Assembly: GCA_963748015.1 (NCBI GenBank)
Contig: CAVVHE010000004.1
Coordinates: 960,001 to 1,024,000, forward strand
Source of the DNA: Terriglobia bacterium
Lineage (GTDB): Bacteria; Acidobacteriota; Polarisedimenticolia; Polarisedimenticolales; JAIQFR01
DNA length: 64,000 bases
Reading direction: 5' to 3'
How positions within the stretch are numbered: the first letter of the stretch is position 1; every line of letters starts with the position of its first letter. A program made the translations under genes and the position numbers. Of the stretch, positions 8,970 to 19,138 are shown piece after piece. The notes under the pieces are model-generated. The model had not been told where the DNA came from. It was given only the letters and a program-made list of their open reading frames with translations, and searched no databases.

Positions 8970-11366
8970 GTGCCCCCCTCGACTCCGCCGCGGCTCCCCG
9001 CGGTTCCTCTTGCGATCGCGTTCGTAACCGGCGCCGCTCTCGAGCGCGCGCTGCCGTTCGAGCTCGCCGCCGCGGTTCCTCTGCTCGCGGCGGCGCTCGC
9101 GGGAGCGGCGTGGCTCGCGAGGGGGACGCGCCGGGGCCGCCCGGCGGTCCTCGCGCTCGTCGCGTGCGCCGGCCTCTTCCACGCCCAGCGGGAGAAGAGC
9201 GCCGCCGACGCGCGCATCGCCGGGTGGCTGCCGGCGGACGGCGCGCCGGTGGAGGTCCACTTCGAGGGGCGCCTGCTCGCCGCTCCGGAGCCCTGCGAAG
9301 ACGAGCGGCGCCTCCGGATCGAGGGCCGCCCGCACCTTCGCCCCGAGGCGCCGTTCGACTGCACGATCCTCCTCGCGGTTCCCGAGCCTCCTCCCGGCGC
9401 CGTGCCGCTGCTCGACGCGCTCCGGCGCGGAGACCGGGTCAAGGTGTGGTGCAGGCTGCGAAGACCGAGGCCTCCCGGAAACCCCGGCGAGGCCGATGTC
9501 CGCCTGGCGATCCTCGCGCGCGGCGTGGACGCGGTGGGCACGATCAAGAGCGCGCGAATCCTCGGACTCGTGGCAACGGGCCCGCCGGGCCCCGCGCGCG
9601 CTCTCGACGGGCTCAAGGTCGCGGCGCGGCGGCGCCTCTCGCTGGCCCTGGGCGGCGACCGGACGGCGAGGGCGATCGTCGGCGCGATGCTCCTCGGCGA
9701 TCAGGGGATGCTCGGCCGGGACGAGTGGCTTCTCCTTCGGGACTCCGGCCTCGTCCACCTCCTGTCGATCAGCGGCCTGCACGTCGGGCTCGCGGCCGCG
9801 CTGTTGCTGGCGGCGCTGCGGCGCATTCGCTTGACGAGGTGGGGCGCTCTGGCGGCGGCGTCGGCGGCTCTCGTCGCGCTCGCCGTGCTGGTCGGAGCGG
9901 AGCCTCCCGTGCTGCGCTCGGTGCTCACCGCGCTCCTCGCGCTGGCGGGCCGGGCGATCGGCCGCGAGAGCGAGCCGGTCAACGCGCTCGCCCTCGCCGC
10001 CGCCGCTCTCGTCGCGGCGCGGCCGGCGTACCTGTGGGACCCGAGCTTCGAGTTGACCTTCGCCGCGACCGCCGGGATCCTCACGCTCTCGCCGCGGATG
10101 GCCGCCGCAATTCCCGCCCCGCGCTGGATCGCGCTTCCGGTCGCGGTATCCGCCGCGGCGTACCTGGCCACCGCTCCCGTCACCGCCTGGCACTTCGGCC
10201 GGCTGTCTCCGGCGGCCCTCCTCTCGAACGTCGCCGCCGCGGCGCTGTGCGGGGCGGTGCTCGCTTCGGGAGCTACCGCGCTGCTGCTGGCCGGGATCCC
10301 GGCGGCGGGGCTTGCCGCCGCTCGACTCGCCGGATTCTCGGTCCAAGCCACGCTTGCGGTCGCGTCGGCCGCTTCGGCGGTGCCGGCCGCGGCGTTCCGG
10401 GTTCCGCCTCCGGGGATGATCCTCGGCGCGGCGTATGTCGCCTTGCTCGCGGCCGAGATGAGGTCGCGGCGGCCTCGAGTCCCGATCGGCCCCGCGCCGC
10501 GCTGCCGCAGGATGGGACTTCTCCTCGCGCTGGTCGGGATGCACCTCGGCCCTCCTCCTCCCGGGACGACGGGCGCTCTCGACGTCACGGTCATCGACGT
10601 CGGTCAAGGACAGTCCGTCCTGCTCCGCGGCCCGTCGGGGGGATTCGTGCTCGTGGACGCGGGAGGAACCGCGCGAGGGCGCTTCGACGCGGGGGAGAGG
10701 GTGGTCGCCCCCGTGCTCTCGCGGCTCGGGTGCCGCCGGGTCGATGTGCTGATCGTGAGTCACGACCACGACGATCATGCCGGAGGGGCCTTGGCGATCC
10801 TCCGCGAGTTCGAGGTCGGCGAGATCTGGATCGCGGCCGGAACTCCCCGCGAGGCGCGCGTGCTCGAGCTCGCGGCGGTGGCGGTCGAGCGCGGCGTCGC
10901 GGTCGTGCTCGCGGAAAGGGGATTCAGCGCCGTGCGCGCGGGTGCGCCGATCGAGGTGCTGCACCCTCCGAGGGAGAGCCCCGCGAGCGCTCCCAACGAG
11001 AGATGTCTCGTCCTGCGAGCCGGGCCTCCCGGCTCGCGCGTGCTGATCCCGGCCGATCTCGAATCCTCCGAGGAGGCGACGCTGCTGGCGTCGGGAGCGG
11101 AGCTCGCGGCCGACGCGCTGATCGTCGGCCATCACGGCGCAAGCCGCGGAACCGGGATCGCGCTCCTCGACGCCGTCCGTCCCCGCATCGCGGTGATTTC
11201 GGCCGGGCTCGGAAACCGCTTCGGCCACCCCGCGGCGTCGGTTCTGGCGAGGCTGCGCTCGCGGCGCGTTCCGGTCTACCGGACCGACCTCGACGGGCAG
11301 GTCCGCCTTCGCGGCGAGCCGGCCGGATTCTCCGCCGAGATCACAAGGAAAGCGGGAGGGGGATGA
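8970..11366 (+). CDS. comEC: DNA internalization competence protein ComEC/Rec2
   Basis: HLLSISGLHVG competence-domain motif, many TM segments, and a C-terminal metallo-beta-lactamase domain (DVGQG, SHDHDDHAGG, HHG, NRFGHP). Confidence 0.95.
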   Translation: MPPSTPPRLPAVPLAIAFVTGAALERALPFELAAAVPLLAAALAGAAWLARGTRRGRPAVLALVACAGLFHAQREKSAADARIAGWLPADGAPVEVHFEGRLLAAPEPCEDERRLRIEGRPHLRPEAPFDCTILLAVPEPPPGAVPLLDALRRGDRVKVWCRLRRPRPPGNPGEADVRLAILARGVDAVGTIKSARILGLVATGPPGPARALDGLKVAARRRLSLALGGDRTARAIVGAMLLGDQGMLGRDEWLLLRDSGLVHLLSISGLHVGLAAALLLAALRRIRLTRWGALAAASAALVALAVLVGAEPPVLRSVLTALLALAGRAIGRESEPVNALALAAAALVAARPAYLWDPSFELTFAATAGILTLSPRMAAAIPAPRWIALPVAVSAAAYLATAPVTAWHFGRLSPAALLSNVAAAALCGAVLASGATALLLAGIPAAGLAAARLAGFSVQATLAVASAASAVPAAAFRVPPPGMILGAAYVALLAAEMRSRRPRVPIGPAPRCRRMGLLLALVGMHLGPPPPGTTGALDVTVIDVGQGQSVLLRGPSGGFVLVDAGGTARGRFDAGERVVAPVLSRLGCRRVDVLIVSHDHDDHAGGALAILREFEVGEIWIAAGTPREARVLELAAVAVERGVAVVLAERGFSAVRAGAPIEVLHPPRESPASAPNERCLVLRAGPPGSRVLIPADLESSEEATLLASGAELAADALIVGHHGASRGTGIALLDAVRPRIAVISAGLGNRFGHPAASVLARLRSRRVPVYRTDLDGQVRLRGEPAGFSAEITRKAGGG

Positions 11367-12333
11367 ACGACAACACGAAGACGATCAGCAGCAGCAAGAC
11401 GCCGAGCCGCCGCGCGGGATCGAGGGGCGTGACCTCGTCCCAGAGCCTCGGATGGCGGTCGCGCATCAGCACGAGAACCACGCACCACACGGTGTACGCG
11501 GAGAGCGACCTGTACAGGATCGTCTGCGCGACGACGAAGACGATCGCCGCGAGGAGCGTGCCGCGGGCGACGAGCCGGTGGACGCGGCGCGAAAGAGCGT
11601 ACGCCGCGTGGCCGCCGTCGAGCTGCCCCACGGGGAAGAGGTTCAAGGACGTCACGAACATCCCGAACCACCCCGCGATGTAGACCGAATCGACGCCGAG
11701 GTCGGCCTCGCCGAAGAAGAGCTTCTCGATCGCCACCACGAGCAACGGCGAGCCGAACGAGATGCCGCCTTCGACGGACCCCGCGGGCATCGGCGTCGCG
11801 CGGAGCAGCCCCCAGATCAGCACGGGGAGCGAAACCGCGAAGCCGGCGAGCGGCCCGGCCGCCGCCACGTCGAAGAGGGCTTTTCGGTCCGGGATCACCC
11901 CCCGGATGCGGATGACCGCCCCGAACGTCCCGAACGGTGGGATTCCGGGGAGGAAGAAGGGGAGGGTCGCGGGAATGCCGTACCGGCGGCAGGCCAGGTA
12001 GTGCCCCATTTCGTGGCTCGTCAGGATCGCGAGCACGCACAGCGCGAAAGGAACCCCGGAAAGGAGGGCGCCCGGATGCAGAGCGAGATAGAGCGGGACC
12101 CCGGCGACGGAGGACAGGCGGTCGAACGCCCCTTCCCACATCGCGCCGGTCACGAGGAGCGTGAGAGCGGTGACACCGAACAGCGCCAGGTGGATCGTGA
12201 GGCGCGGGCCGCGCCCCCCCGGGGGCGGGAGCGTCCGCTGTCCGGGCTCCGGTGAGGCGCCCGGAAGGGGAAGCGGCGGCGGGGTGAGGGAATCTTGGTC
12301 CATGCGGGATACCGGCCGGAGGAACGGGGACAT
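11341..12333 (-). CDS. Site-2 protease (M50 family) membrane metalloprotease; start may be ATG at 12303
   Basis: HEMGH (HExxH), AAAGPLAG and NLFPVGQLDGGH motifs. Confidence 0.92.
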   Translation of the reverse strand: MSPFLRPVSRMDQDSLTPPPLPLPGASPEPGQRTLPPPGGRGPRLTIHLALFGVTALTLLVTGAMWEGAFDRLSSVAGVPLYLALHPGALLSGVPFALCVLAILTSHEMGHYLACRRYGIPATLPFFLPGIPPFGTFGAVIRIRGVIPDRKALFDVAAAGPLAGFAVSLPVLIWGLLRATPMPAGSVEGGISFGSPLLVVAIEKLFFGEADLGVDSVYIAGWFGMFVTSLNLFPVGQLDGGHAAYALSRRVHRLVARGTLLAAIVFVVAQTILYRSLSAYTVWCVVLVLMRDRHPRLWDEVTPLDPARRLGVLLLLIVFVLSFIPLPLSL

Positions 12334-12351
12334 CCCACCGGCCGAAAACGG

Positions 12352-12360
12352 AGTATATCA
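12352..12360 (-). promoter_or_regulatory. Extended -10 promoter candidate for the site-2 protease gene
   Basis: TGaTATACT on the minus strand in an AT-richer intergenic patch. Confidence 0.5.
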
Positions 12361-12446
12361 GTTGGGATGTCCGTTGACGGCGACGCCCCGTATCCGCAGG
12401 AGGACGAACGGGCCCGGTGTTTCGTTGAGCCCCGGGGCCTTCTTCC

Positions 12447-12463
12447 CGGTACGGAGGTTGCAT
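12447..12463 (+). promoter_or_regulatory. Sigma-54 (-24/-12) promoter candidate
   Basis: CGGTACGGAGGTTGCAT: GG-N10-GC with TTGCA, 45 bp upstream of the PEGA gene ATG. Confidence 0.5.
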
Positions 12464-12508
12464 GCCGTGAACCCGGGTTCATGTTCGGGCTGCGTGGAGG
12501 GACTCGCG

Positions 12509-13534
12509 ATGAGCCGCCAAGTTCTCCGCCTTTCGAGCGCGCTGGTCTTCGTCGTCGTCGTCGCGGCTTCGGCGCTGCCGAGCGAGTCGCGCAACGTGCC
12601 GTCGTCGGGACACTCCGGCGGCCACTCGTCCGGATCCGCAGGCTCGCGGGGGCATTCCTCCGCGCCGCCCCCATCCGGCGCACGCCATGTCCCCACGCGG
12701 AGCACGGCGGAGGCGAACCACGCCGGCGGCTACCACGGATACCCTTACTACCCGTACTATCCCTACTATTCCTACTACTGGGACTGGCCCTACTCCCCGT
12801 ACTGGTCGATGGGCGTCTGGTGGGGCTGGCCGGGCTACTGGGGCGACGGGTCGTGGTACGGCTACCCCGGAGGGTACCCCTCCGCGTATCCCGGTTACGT
12901 CGCGGAATTCCCGCAAGGCCCCGCGATCGTCGAGACCGGCGTGCTTCCGAAGAAGGCGCAGCTCGTCCTGGACGGCGAGGCGATCGGCGAGGCCCGGGAT
13001 TTCAACGGCCACTGGGACGTCCTGCAGCTCGAGCCGGGTCGACACACGCTTCAGTTCTCGGCGCCGGGCTACATGACCCTCGAGGTCGGCATCGAGGCGA
13101 GAGCGGGAAGGCACTACCGGCTCGACTACGAACTGCAGCGTGGGGAAGGTAAGGACGCGCGGTCGGCCACCGTCCTCGATGCCGCGACCGAGCCGCCTCC
13201 CGCTCCGATTGCCCCGGCGAGCCCCTCGGCGCCGGCTGGGCCCGCCACCCCGGGGGCGCCGGGCGAGCGGTCCGCGTCGACGATGAGGCGCGGTTTCCTG
13301 AAGGTCGTGGCGACCCCCGCCGACGCAGCGGTCTACCTCGACGGTGAGTTCCTCGGCAGCGCCGGCGAGCTCTCCCGCCTCCACGGCGCGATCCCGGTCG
13401 CCGCCGGAGAGCATCGGCTCGAGGTGGTTCGGCCCGGCTACGTGAGCCGCGTTACGGTCGTGACGGTGGGTGACGGCCAGCAGCCGGCGGAGGCCCGGAT
13501 CGACCTCGAGCGGGAGGGGCGGTCAGCTCTCTGA
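12509..13534 (+). CDS. Secreted PEGA-domain protein with Tyr/Trp/Gly/Pro-rich low-complexity region
   Basis: GGAGG RBS and signal peptide; two PEGA-like repeats (AQLVLDGEAIG...LEPGRHTLQFSAPGY and AAVYLDGEFLG...AGEHRLEVVRPGY). Confidence 0.85.
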   Translation: MSRQVLRLSSALVFVVVVAASALPSESRNVPSSGHSGGHSSGSAGSRGHSSAPPPSGARHVPTRSTAEANHAGGYHGYPYYPYYPYYSYYWDWPYSPYWSMGVWWGWPGYWGDGSWYGYPGGYPSAYPGYVAEFPQGPAIVETGVLPKKAQLVLDGEAIGEARDFNGHWDVLQLEPGRHTLQFSAPGYMTLEVGIEARAGRHYRLDYELQRGEGKDARSATVLDAATEPPPAPIAPASPSAPAGPATPGAPGERSASTMRRGFLKVVATPADAAVYLDGEFLGSAGELSRLHGAIPVAAGEHRLEVVRPGYVSRVTVVTVGDGQQPAEARIDLEREGRSAL

Positions 13535-13801
13535 GCTGAGGGAACGGAGGTTCTTGCCCGGCTTGAAGCGGATCGTCTTGCCGGGAGGAATGCGGACCTC
13601 CCTGCCCGTCCTCGGGTTGCGCCCGATTCCCTTCTTTCGCGGCTTGACCTGAAACACGCCGAAGCCGCGGAGCTCGATGCGCTCTCCCTGCATCATCGCG
13701 TTCTTCATCGTCTCGAAGACCGCCTCGACCGCCTCGACCGCCTTCACCTTGGTGATCTCGGCCTGCTCGGCGACCTTGTTGATGATGTCCGCCTTGATCA
13801 T
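13523..13801 (-). CDS. HU/IHF-family DNA-binding protein
   Basis: MIKADII, IELRGFGVF, GRNPRTG and FKPGK motifs. Confidence 0.95.
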   Translation of the reverse strand: MIKADIINKVAEQAEITKVKAVEAVEAVFETMKNAMMQGERIELRGFGVFQVKPRKKGIGRNPRTGREVRIPPGKTIRFKPGKNLRSLSSES

Positions 13802-13830
13802 CCGGAGCCTCCACCCTCGGGGGTAGCGGT

Positions 13831-13859
13831 ACTTTACGAATCCGAGGGTGAGGTGTCAA
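13831..13859 (-). promoter_or_regulatory. Sigma-70 promoter of the HU gene
   Basis: TTGACA-N17-TAAAGT on the minus strand. Confidence 0.7.
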
Positions 13860-13963
13860 GGGGAGTCCCCACGTAAGTCCACTTTTCTCCGGGATTTAGC
13901 GATGCGCCCCCTTGTGATCGGCAAGGCGGGCGTGCTACGGTTCCTCGGGAGAAACCGACCGAC

Positions 13964-15322
13964 ATGCCAGCCCCGCTCGTCGCCATCGTCGGCATTCCGA
14001 ACGTCGGCAAGAGCACGCTCTTCAACCGGCTGGTCGGCCGCCGCCAGGCCATCGTCAGCGACGAGCCCGGGGTGACCAGGGACCGCCTGTACGCCGAGGT
14101 CCGGTCCGCCGCGATCCCGTTCCGCCTGGTGGACATGGGCGGGCTGACGCCGGCCGGCGACGCGCCCCTGTCGCGGCAGATGCAGCGCCAGGCCGACCAC
14201 GCCCTCGCCGAGGCGCGGGCGATCCTCTTCGTCGTGGACGCTCGAGCGGGGCTCACCGCGGCCGACCGCGACGTCGCCTCCCGGCTGCGCCGAACGTCTC
14301 TCCCCGTCATCGTCGTTGCGAACAAGATCGACGTGCCGGCGCTCGAGTCGCTGACGGCCGAGCTACACGAGCTCGGGTTCGGAGAGCCCGTCCCCGTGTC
14401 CGCCGAGCACGGTCTCGGGATGGACGGACTCCTCGACGCCGTCGAGCGGGCGCTCCGTGGCGGGCTGGACGCCGGGGCGGGCGACGAGAACGGCGACGAG
14501 GAAGCCGCCGCGAGCCCGCTCGTCCGCGTCTCGATCATCGGCCGGCCGAACGTCGGGAAGTCCTCGATCTTGAACCGCCTCCTCGGCGAGGAGCGCGCCC
14601 TGGTCAGCGAGATCCCGGGAACGACCCGCGACGCGGTCGACACGCTCCTCGAACGCGAGGGGCGCCGGTACCTGTTGGTGGACACCGCGGGACTGAGGCG
14701 CCGCGGCAAGGTCCGGGCGGCCGCCGACTCGCTGTCCGAGATGCGGGCGCGGAAGAGCATCGAGCGCGCCGACGTGGCGATCCTCGTGCTGGACGCGGAA
14801 GAGGGGTTCGTCGCGCAGGACGCGCACATCGCCGGGTACGCGATGGAGTCCTCGAAGCCGATCGTGATCGCCGTGAACAAGTGGGATCGCCTCGAGCACC
14901 GGGAAGAAGCCGCCAAGGCCTGGGAGGCGGACGTGCGGCAGCGGCTCCGCTTCACCGCGGGCGTTCCGGTCGCGTTCATCAGCGCGCTCACGGGGCAGCG
15001 CGTTTCGAGGCTGCTCGCCCTCGTCGACGAGGTCCACGGCCAGGGAGGCCTCCGCGTCGCGACTCCCGAGCTCAACCGCTGGCTGCAGGAGGTGGCGAAG
15101 GCGGAGCGCTCCGCCCCCGCGCGCGGCAAGAGCGTCCGGCTGTTCTACGCGGCGCAGACCGGCGTGCACCCCCCGCGTTTCCTGCTCTTCTGCAACGACG
15201 CCCGGCACGTCCACTTCTCGCTGCGGCGCCACCTCGAGAAGAGCCTCAGGGAGCGCTTCGGGTTCGGTTGTGTTCCGCTGCATCTCCAGTTCCGCAGCCG
15301 GCGCGAGCGGACGCGCTCTTGA
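13964..15322 (+). CDS. der: Ribosome biogenesis GTPase Der (EngA)
   Basis: Two G domains (GIPNVGKS and GRPNVGKS), DTAG and NKWD, followed by a KH-like C-terminus. Confidence 0.97.
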   Translation: MPAPLVAIVGIPNVGKSTLFNRLVGRRQAIVSDEPGVTRDRLYAEVRSAAIPFRLVDMGGLTPAGDAPLSRQMQRQADHALAEARAILFVVDARAGLTAADRDVASRLRRTSLPVIVVANKIDVPALESLTAELHELGFGEPVPVSAEHGLGMDGLLDAVERALRGGLDAGAGDENGDEEAAASPLVRVSIIGRPNVGKSSILNRLLGEERALVSEIPGTTRDAVDTLLEREGRRYLLVDTAGLRRRGKVRAAADSLSEMRARKSIERADVAILVLDAEEGFVAQDAHIAGYAMESSKPIVIAVNKWDRLEHREEAAKAWEADVRQRLRFTAGVPVAFISALTGQRVSRLLALVDEVHGQGGLRVATPELNRWLQEVAKAERSAPARGKSVRLFYAAQTGVHPPRFLLFCNDARHVHFSLRRHLEKSLRERFGFGCVPLHLQFRSRRERTRS

Positions 15323-16143
15323 CCGCGCGGCGGCCCGCCTGGCTGGGGTATCCCTGGAAGGCGCTCCGGAACTTCTTCCGGGACGGCTCGCTGGATCACG
15401 CGGCCGCGGTCTCGTACTACTCGCTCCTCTCCATCGCGCCGTTCCTCTACCTGGTCGGACTCCTCCTGAGGTGGCTCCTGCCGGGACACGACACCACGGG
15501 AGTCGCCCTCGCGCGCGTCACGGCGTTCGTGCCGCCGGAGCTGGGAACGACGGTCGAGAAGCTCGGGCGCAGCCTCCCCTCGAAGGACGGGATCGCCGTG
15601 GTGGCGATCCCGGCGCTCGCCTGGGTGGCGACGAGCGCGTTCACCACGCTCGAGGGGGCGGTCAACGTCGCCTTCGGCACGCTGCCGAAGCGGATATTCT
15701 GGCTGTCCAAGCTCAAGGCCTTCGCGGGAGCGTCCGGGGTGACGCTGCTCCTGATCGGCACGCTCGCCGCGAACAACGCCGCGGAGTGGCTCGATCACTA
15801 CCGCGCGAAGCTCGATCTCCCGCCGATCCTCGGCCCGGGAGCCGCTCGCGTGTCGTATCTCATCCTGCTGCTCTCGGCGTTCGTGTCGTTCGCGACCTTC
15901 TACAAGATCCTGCCGCGGGGAAAGATCCGATGGAAGAGCGCCGCGAGCGCGGCCCTGGTGGCGGTCGTGCTGTGGGACCTCGCGCGCCGCGTCTTCGCGT
16001 CGGTGCTGTTCCACTCGCCCGCGTTCGGCCTGCTGACCGGTACCCTCGCCGGTGTCGTCGCCGTGCTGCTGTGGGTTTACACCGCGGCCGCCGTCTGCCT
16101 CTACGGCGCCGAGCTCGCCGCCCTCCTGAACGGTAACCGCTGA
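15319..16143 (+). CDS. YihY/virulence factor BrkB family membrane protein
   Basis: TTG start overlaps the der TGA; AAAVSYYSLLSIAPF, FYKILP and LLWVY...LYGAEL patterns. Confidence 0.88.
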   Translation: MTARRPAWLGYPWKALRNFFRDGSLDHAAAVSYYSLLSIAPFLYLVGLLLRWLLPGHDTTGVALARVTAFVPPELGTTVEKLGRSLPSKDGIAVVAIPALAWVATSAFTTLEGAVNVAFGTLPKRIFWLSKLKAFAGASGVTLLLIGTLAANNAAEWLDHYRAKLDLPPILGPGAARVSYLILLLSAFVSFATFYKILPRGKIRWKSAASAALVAVVLWDLARRVFASVLFHSPAFGLLTGTLAGVVAVLLWVYTAAAVCLYGAELAALLNGNR

Positions 16144-16182
16144 CACCGCCGGCGACGAGCGCCCGCCTCTCCCGGTCTTTGC

Positions 16183-16211
16183 TTGACCCTCCCCGGTGCG
16201 GGATATATGTT
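16183..16211 (+). promoter_or_regulatory. Sigma-70 promoter candidate for the mglA-like gene
   Basis: TTGACC-N17-TATGTT. Confidence 0.5.
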
Positions 16212-16269
16212 CAGGACGGGTCCGGCCCTAGGTCCCGTGGTCCGCGATTCGCGGCGGGGGGAGCCCCAG

Positions 16270-18028
16270 ATGGTGCTTTTCAACTACTCGACGCGAGAGC
16301 TTACGGCGAAGATCGTCTACTACGGCCCCGGCCTTTGCGGCAAGACGACGAACCTGCAGTACATCCACGCCAACCTGCCCGACGGCGTGAAGGGCCGGAT
16401 GCTCTCGCTCGCGACGAAGACCGACCGCACGCTGTTCTTCGACTTCCTGCCGATCGACCTCGGCGAGATCCGGGGGATGAAGACCCGGGTGCAGCTGTAC
16501 ACCGTCCCGGGACAGGTCTTCTACAACGAGACCCGGAAGCTGGTGCTCAAGGGGGCGGACGGCATCGTCTTCGTCGCCGATTCCCAGGAACCGATGATCG
16601 GCGCCAACGTCGAGTCGTTCCGGAACCTCGAGGAAAACCTCCGGGGCCACGGCCTGCGGCTTCAGGACATGCCGCACGTCATCCAGTTCAACAAGAGGGA
16701 TCTCCCCAGGCTGGCCAGCATCGAGGATCTCAACTCGTCCATCAACCGGTACAACGCCCCCTTCTACGAGTCCGTCGCGACGACCGGAATCGGAGTGCAG
16801 GACACGCTCAAGGCGGTGGTCAAGCTCGTCCTCCTGCACCTCACCCGGAAATACGAGACCAAGACCGACCCCCGCGTGTCCGCCAAGGAGCGGGCGCCCC
16901 AGCCGGTCGCTCCCTCAGCGCCCGCGGCACCGCGTCCGATGCCGGCACCCGCCAGGCCGACCGCGGCAGCGCCGCCGAGGGCGCCGTTCGTCGATCGAGA
17001 ACGGTCGGCGCCTCCTCCGCGCGTCGCCCCGGACGTCGTCCCGGCGGCCGCCGCGGGAGTCCAGTCCATTCCTGTTTCCGGCTTCGATACGCCCCTGTCG
17101 CGACCCGCCGCGATCCCGCTCTCGCCGGAGTTCGACAATCCGGCCACCGGAACCCCTCGCGGGCCGGTGCCTCCTCCGCCCGATTTCCGTGGGCGGAAGG
17201 AGCCGGCGGCCGCCTCGGAGGCGGGCGGTCTTTCCTTCGACGCCGACGAGATCGAAGATCTGATGGACGAGGTCGACGACTTCCAGGAGCCCGCCCTGCA
17301 GGCGGATGACGTGGATTGGTTGCCGCCCCGGCCGGAAGGCGTCGAGCCGGCCCCGGTCGCCTGGAGGCACGCCGCGCAGCTCAGCTCCCGCTCCGGCTCC
17401 GCCGGTTCAGGCCGCGCCGCCGGTCCCGCTGGAGAACGCGTGGCTTCCGGAGGTCCCGATCACGGTGGAGCCCGGGCCCCTCGGGGAGCAACCGATCGAG
17501 ATCGTCGAGGAGGAGCAGGGCGAGGCCGCCGCGTGGCAGCCGGCGCCCGCCGCCGCGCGCGAGCCGCAGTTCGAGGTGGATCTCGGCTTCGATCCTTCGT
17601 GGCAGCAACAGTCCGAGCCCGAGGAGTTCGAGCCCGCCGGAACGCTCCCCGCCGCAACGGAGAGCGCCGAGACGCTCGAGGCGTCGGAGATCGTCCTGGA
17701 AGAGATCGAACCCGCCCCGCCGTTCGAGCCTCCGTTGGCCCTGCCGGAGGAAGACGAGCTCGAGGAGGAGCCGGTCGCGCAGTTCGACGAGGCGACCCCG
17801 ATACCGGTTCGGCACACGAACGAGCCTGCCGAGGCGCTCGACGACGGGACCGTCGTCCTCGAGGAGATCGCGGGGCGGGAGGAGTTGTTCCAAGATCCCG
17901 ACCTCGAGATCGCCCGATTCGCGTCCGGGGACTCCAAGGAGATCGTGGTCCCCGTGGAGATCGTCGAGGGCACGACCGTGCGGCGGTTCAAGCTGTCGCT
18001 CAGGCTGCGGCTCGATCCGCTCGACTGA
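16270..18028 (+). CDS. mglA: MglA-family small GTPase with long Pro/Glu-rich C-terminal extension; frameshift near 17360-17390
   Basis: KIVYYGPGLCGKTTNL, TDRTLFFDFLP, LYTVPGQVFY and NKRDL motifs. The Pro/acidic tail continues in the +1 frame (ORF 17306-18028) and ends EIVVPVEI...RFKLSLRLRLDPLD. Confidence 0.8.
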
Positions 18029-18127
18029 GGCGCCTTGCACTCGCGCGCGCCCTCCATCCCGTGGACAATAGGGGTGCGCGCCCGCGCGAGGCGGCCGGTC
18101 CGTGGCGCGGCGCCTGGGCAAGAACCG

Positions 18128-19045
18128 ATGAGATCCGCCGTTCGCCTGACGCGCGTCGTGCTGTGGCTCTGCTGCGCCACCGGCTCGAGCTACGCCGCGG
18201 CGCCGAATCTCTACGAGTGGGTGGCCCCTTCGCCGCTGGTCGCGGCCGCCGAGATCCGCAACGACAGGGGAAAGTACACGGACTTCGAGCTCACCGACGT
18301 GCTCCGCGGCGCCGTGCCCCGTGGCACCCGCCTGATGGTCGACGTCAAGCGCGCGAACCGGGATCGCGACGAGGGACGCGCCGCGCTTCGTCTCGACCCG
18401 GACCGGCAGTACCTTCTCCTCCTCCAGCGGGACGACCGGCGCTCCACCGCCGAGCTGACGGTCTACGCGATCGTCCGGGGAATCGACGGCGTCCGGGAGC
18501 TGCCCGCCGAGGGTGCGCCCGCTCTCCTCGATGCGGTACGCCGATTCGTCGCGGTGCAGGACCGAAAGGACGAGATCGCGGCGTGGAAGTCGTTCCGCGA
18601 GATGCTCGAGGAGACGAACCCTCTGCTGCTCGAGACCGCCCTCGACCTCTTCGTCAAGTTCCGCAGGGGAGATCTGGCGCTGCTCCCGGTGCTCCGTCCC
18701 ATCCTCGAGCACCCGCGCCCCGATCTCCGCGTCCGTACCGCGCGCCTCGTCGGACAGATCGTCGAGCACCGGGCCGAGGGGGACATCCCCGACGACGTCG
18801 GCATCCTCGCCGAGCTGTACGGCCGCGCGCGGCGCGACGAGGCCGTGGAGGTGCGCGTCGCCGCGACGAGCGCGGTCGGAGGGATCGAGGGACAGGGGCC
18901 CGAGGAGATCCTCCGGGAGATCGCGCGGTCGGACCCGGAGCAGGCGGTCCGGTTCGAGGCGAAGAAGCTGCTCTACGAGCGGAACGCGGCCCCGCGCCCC
19001 GAGCAACCGGCAGAGAAGACAGCTGGTCCGGAGATCAAGAAATAG
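18128..19045 (+). CDS. Secreted protein with C-terminal HEAT-like repeats
   Basis: Signal-peptide-like N-terminus; repeats HPRPDLRVRTARLVG, DEAVEVRVAATSAVG and DPEQAVRFEA. Confidence 0.75.
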   Translation: MRSAVRLTRVVLWLCCATGSSYAAAPNLYEWVAPSPLVAAAEIRNDRGKYTDFELTDVLRGAVPRGTRLMVDVKRANRDRDEGRAALRLDPDRQYLLLLQRDDRRSTAELTVYAIVRGIDGVRELPAEGAPALLDAVRRFVAVQDRKDEIAAWKSFREMLEETNPLLLETALDLFVKFRRGDLALLPVLRPILEHPRPDLRVRTARLVGQIVEHRAEGDIPDDVGILAELYGRARRDEAVEVRVAATSAVGGIEGQGPEEILREIARSDPEQAVRFEAKKLLYERNAAPRPEQPAEKTAGPEIKK

Positions 19046-19068
19046 CGAGCGAACCACCGGGATGCGCG

Positions 19069-19097
19069 TTGACGCGGCCCGGACCGCTTCCTATGAT
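19069..19097 (+). promoter_or_regulatory. Sigma-70 promoter candidate
   Basis: TTGACG-N17-TATGAT upstream of the cNMP/FHA gene. Confidence 0.65.
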
Positions 19098-19138
19098 GGC
19101 GGCGAGCGAGCGACGGCGGCTCCGGCGGAGAAGGAGCG

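Noticed and set aside
17340..17400. Programmed ribosomal frameshift in the mglA-like gene
   Set aside because: No slippery heptamer or stop-associated shift site is visible. A second indel in scpA suggests sequencing error.
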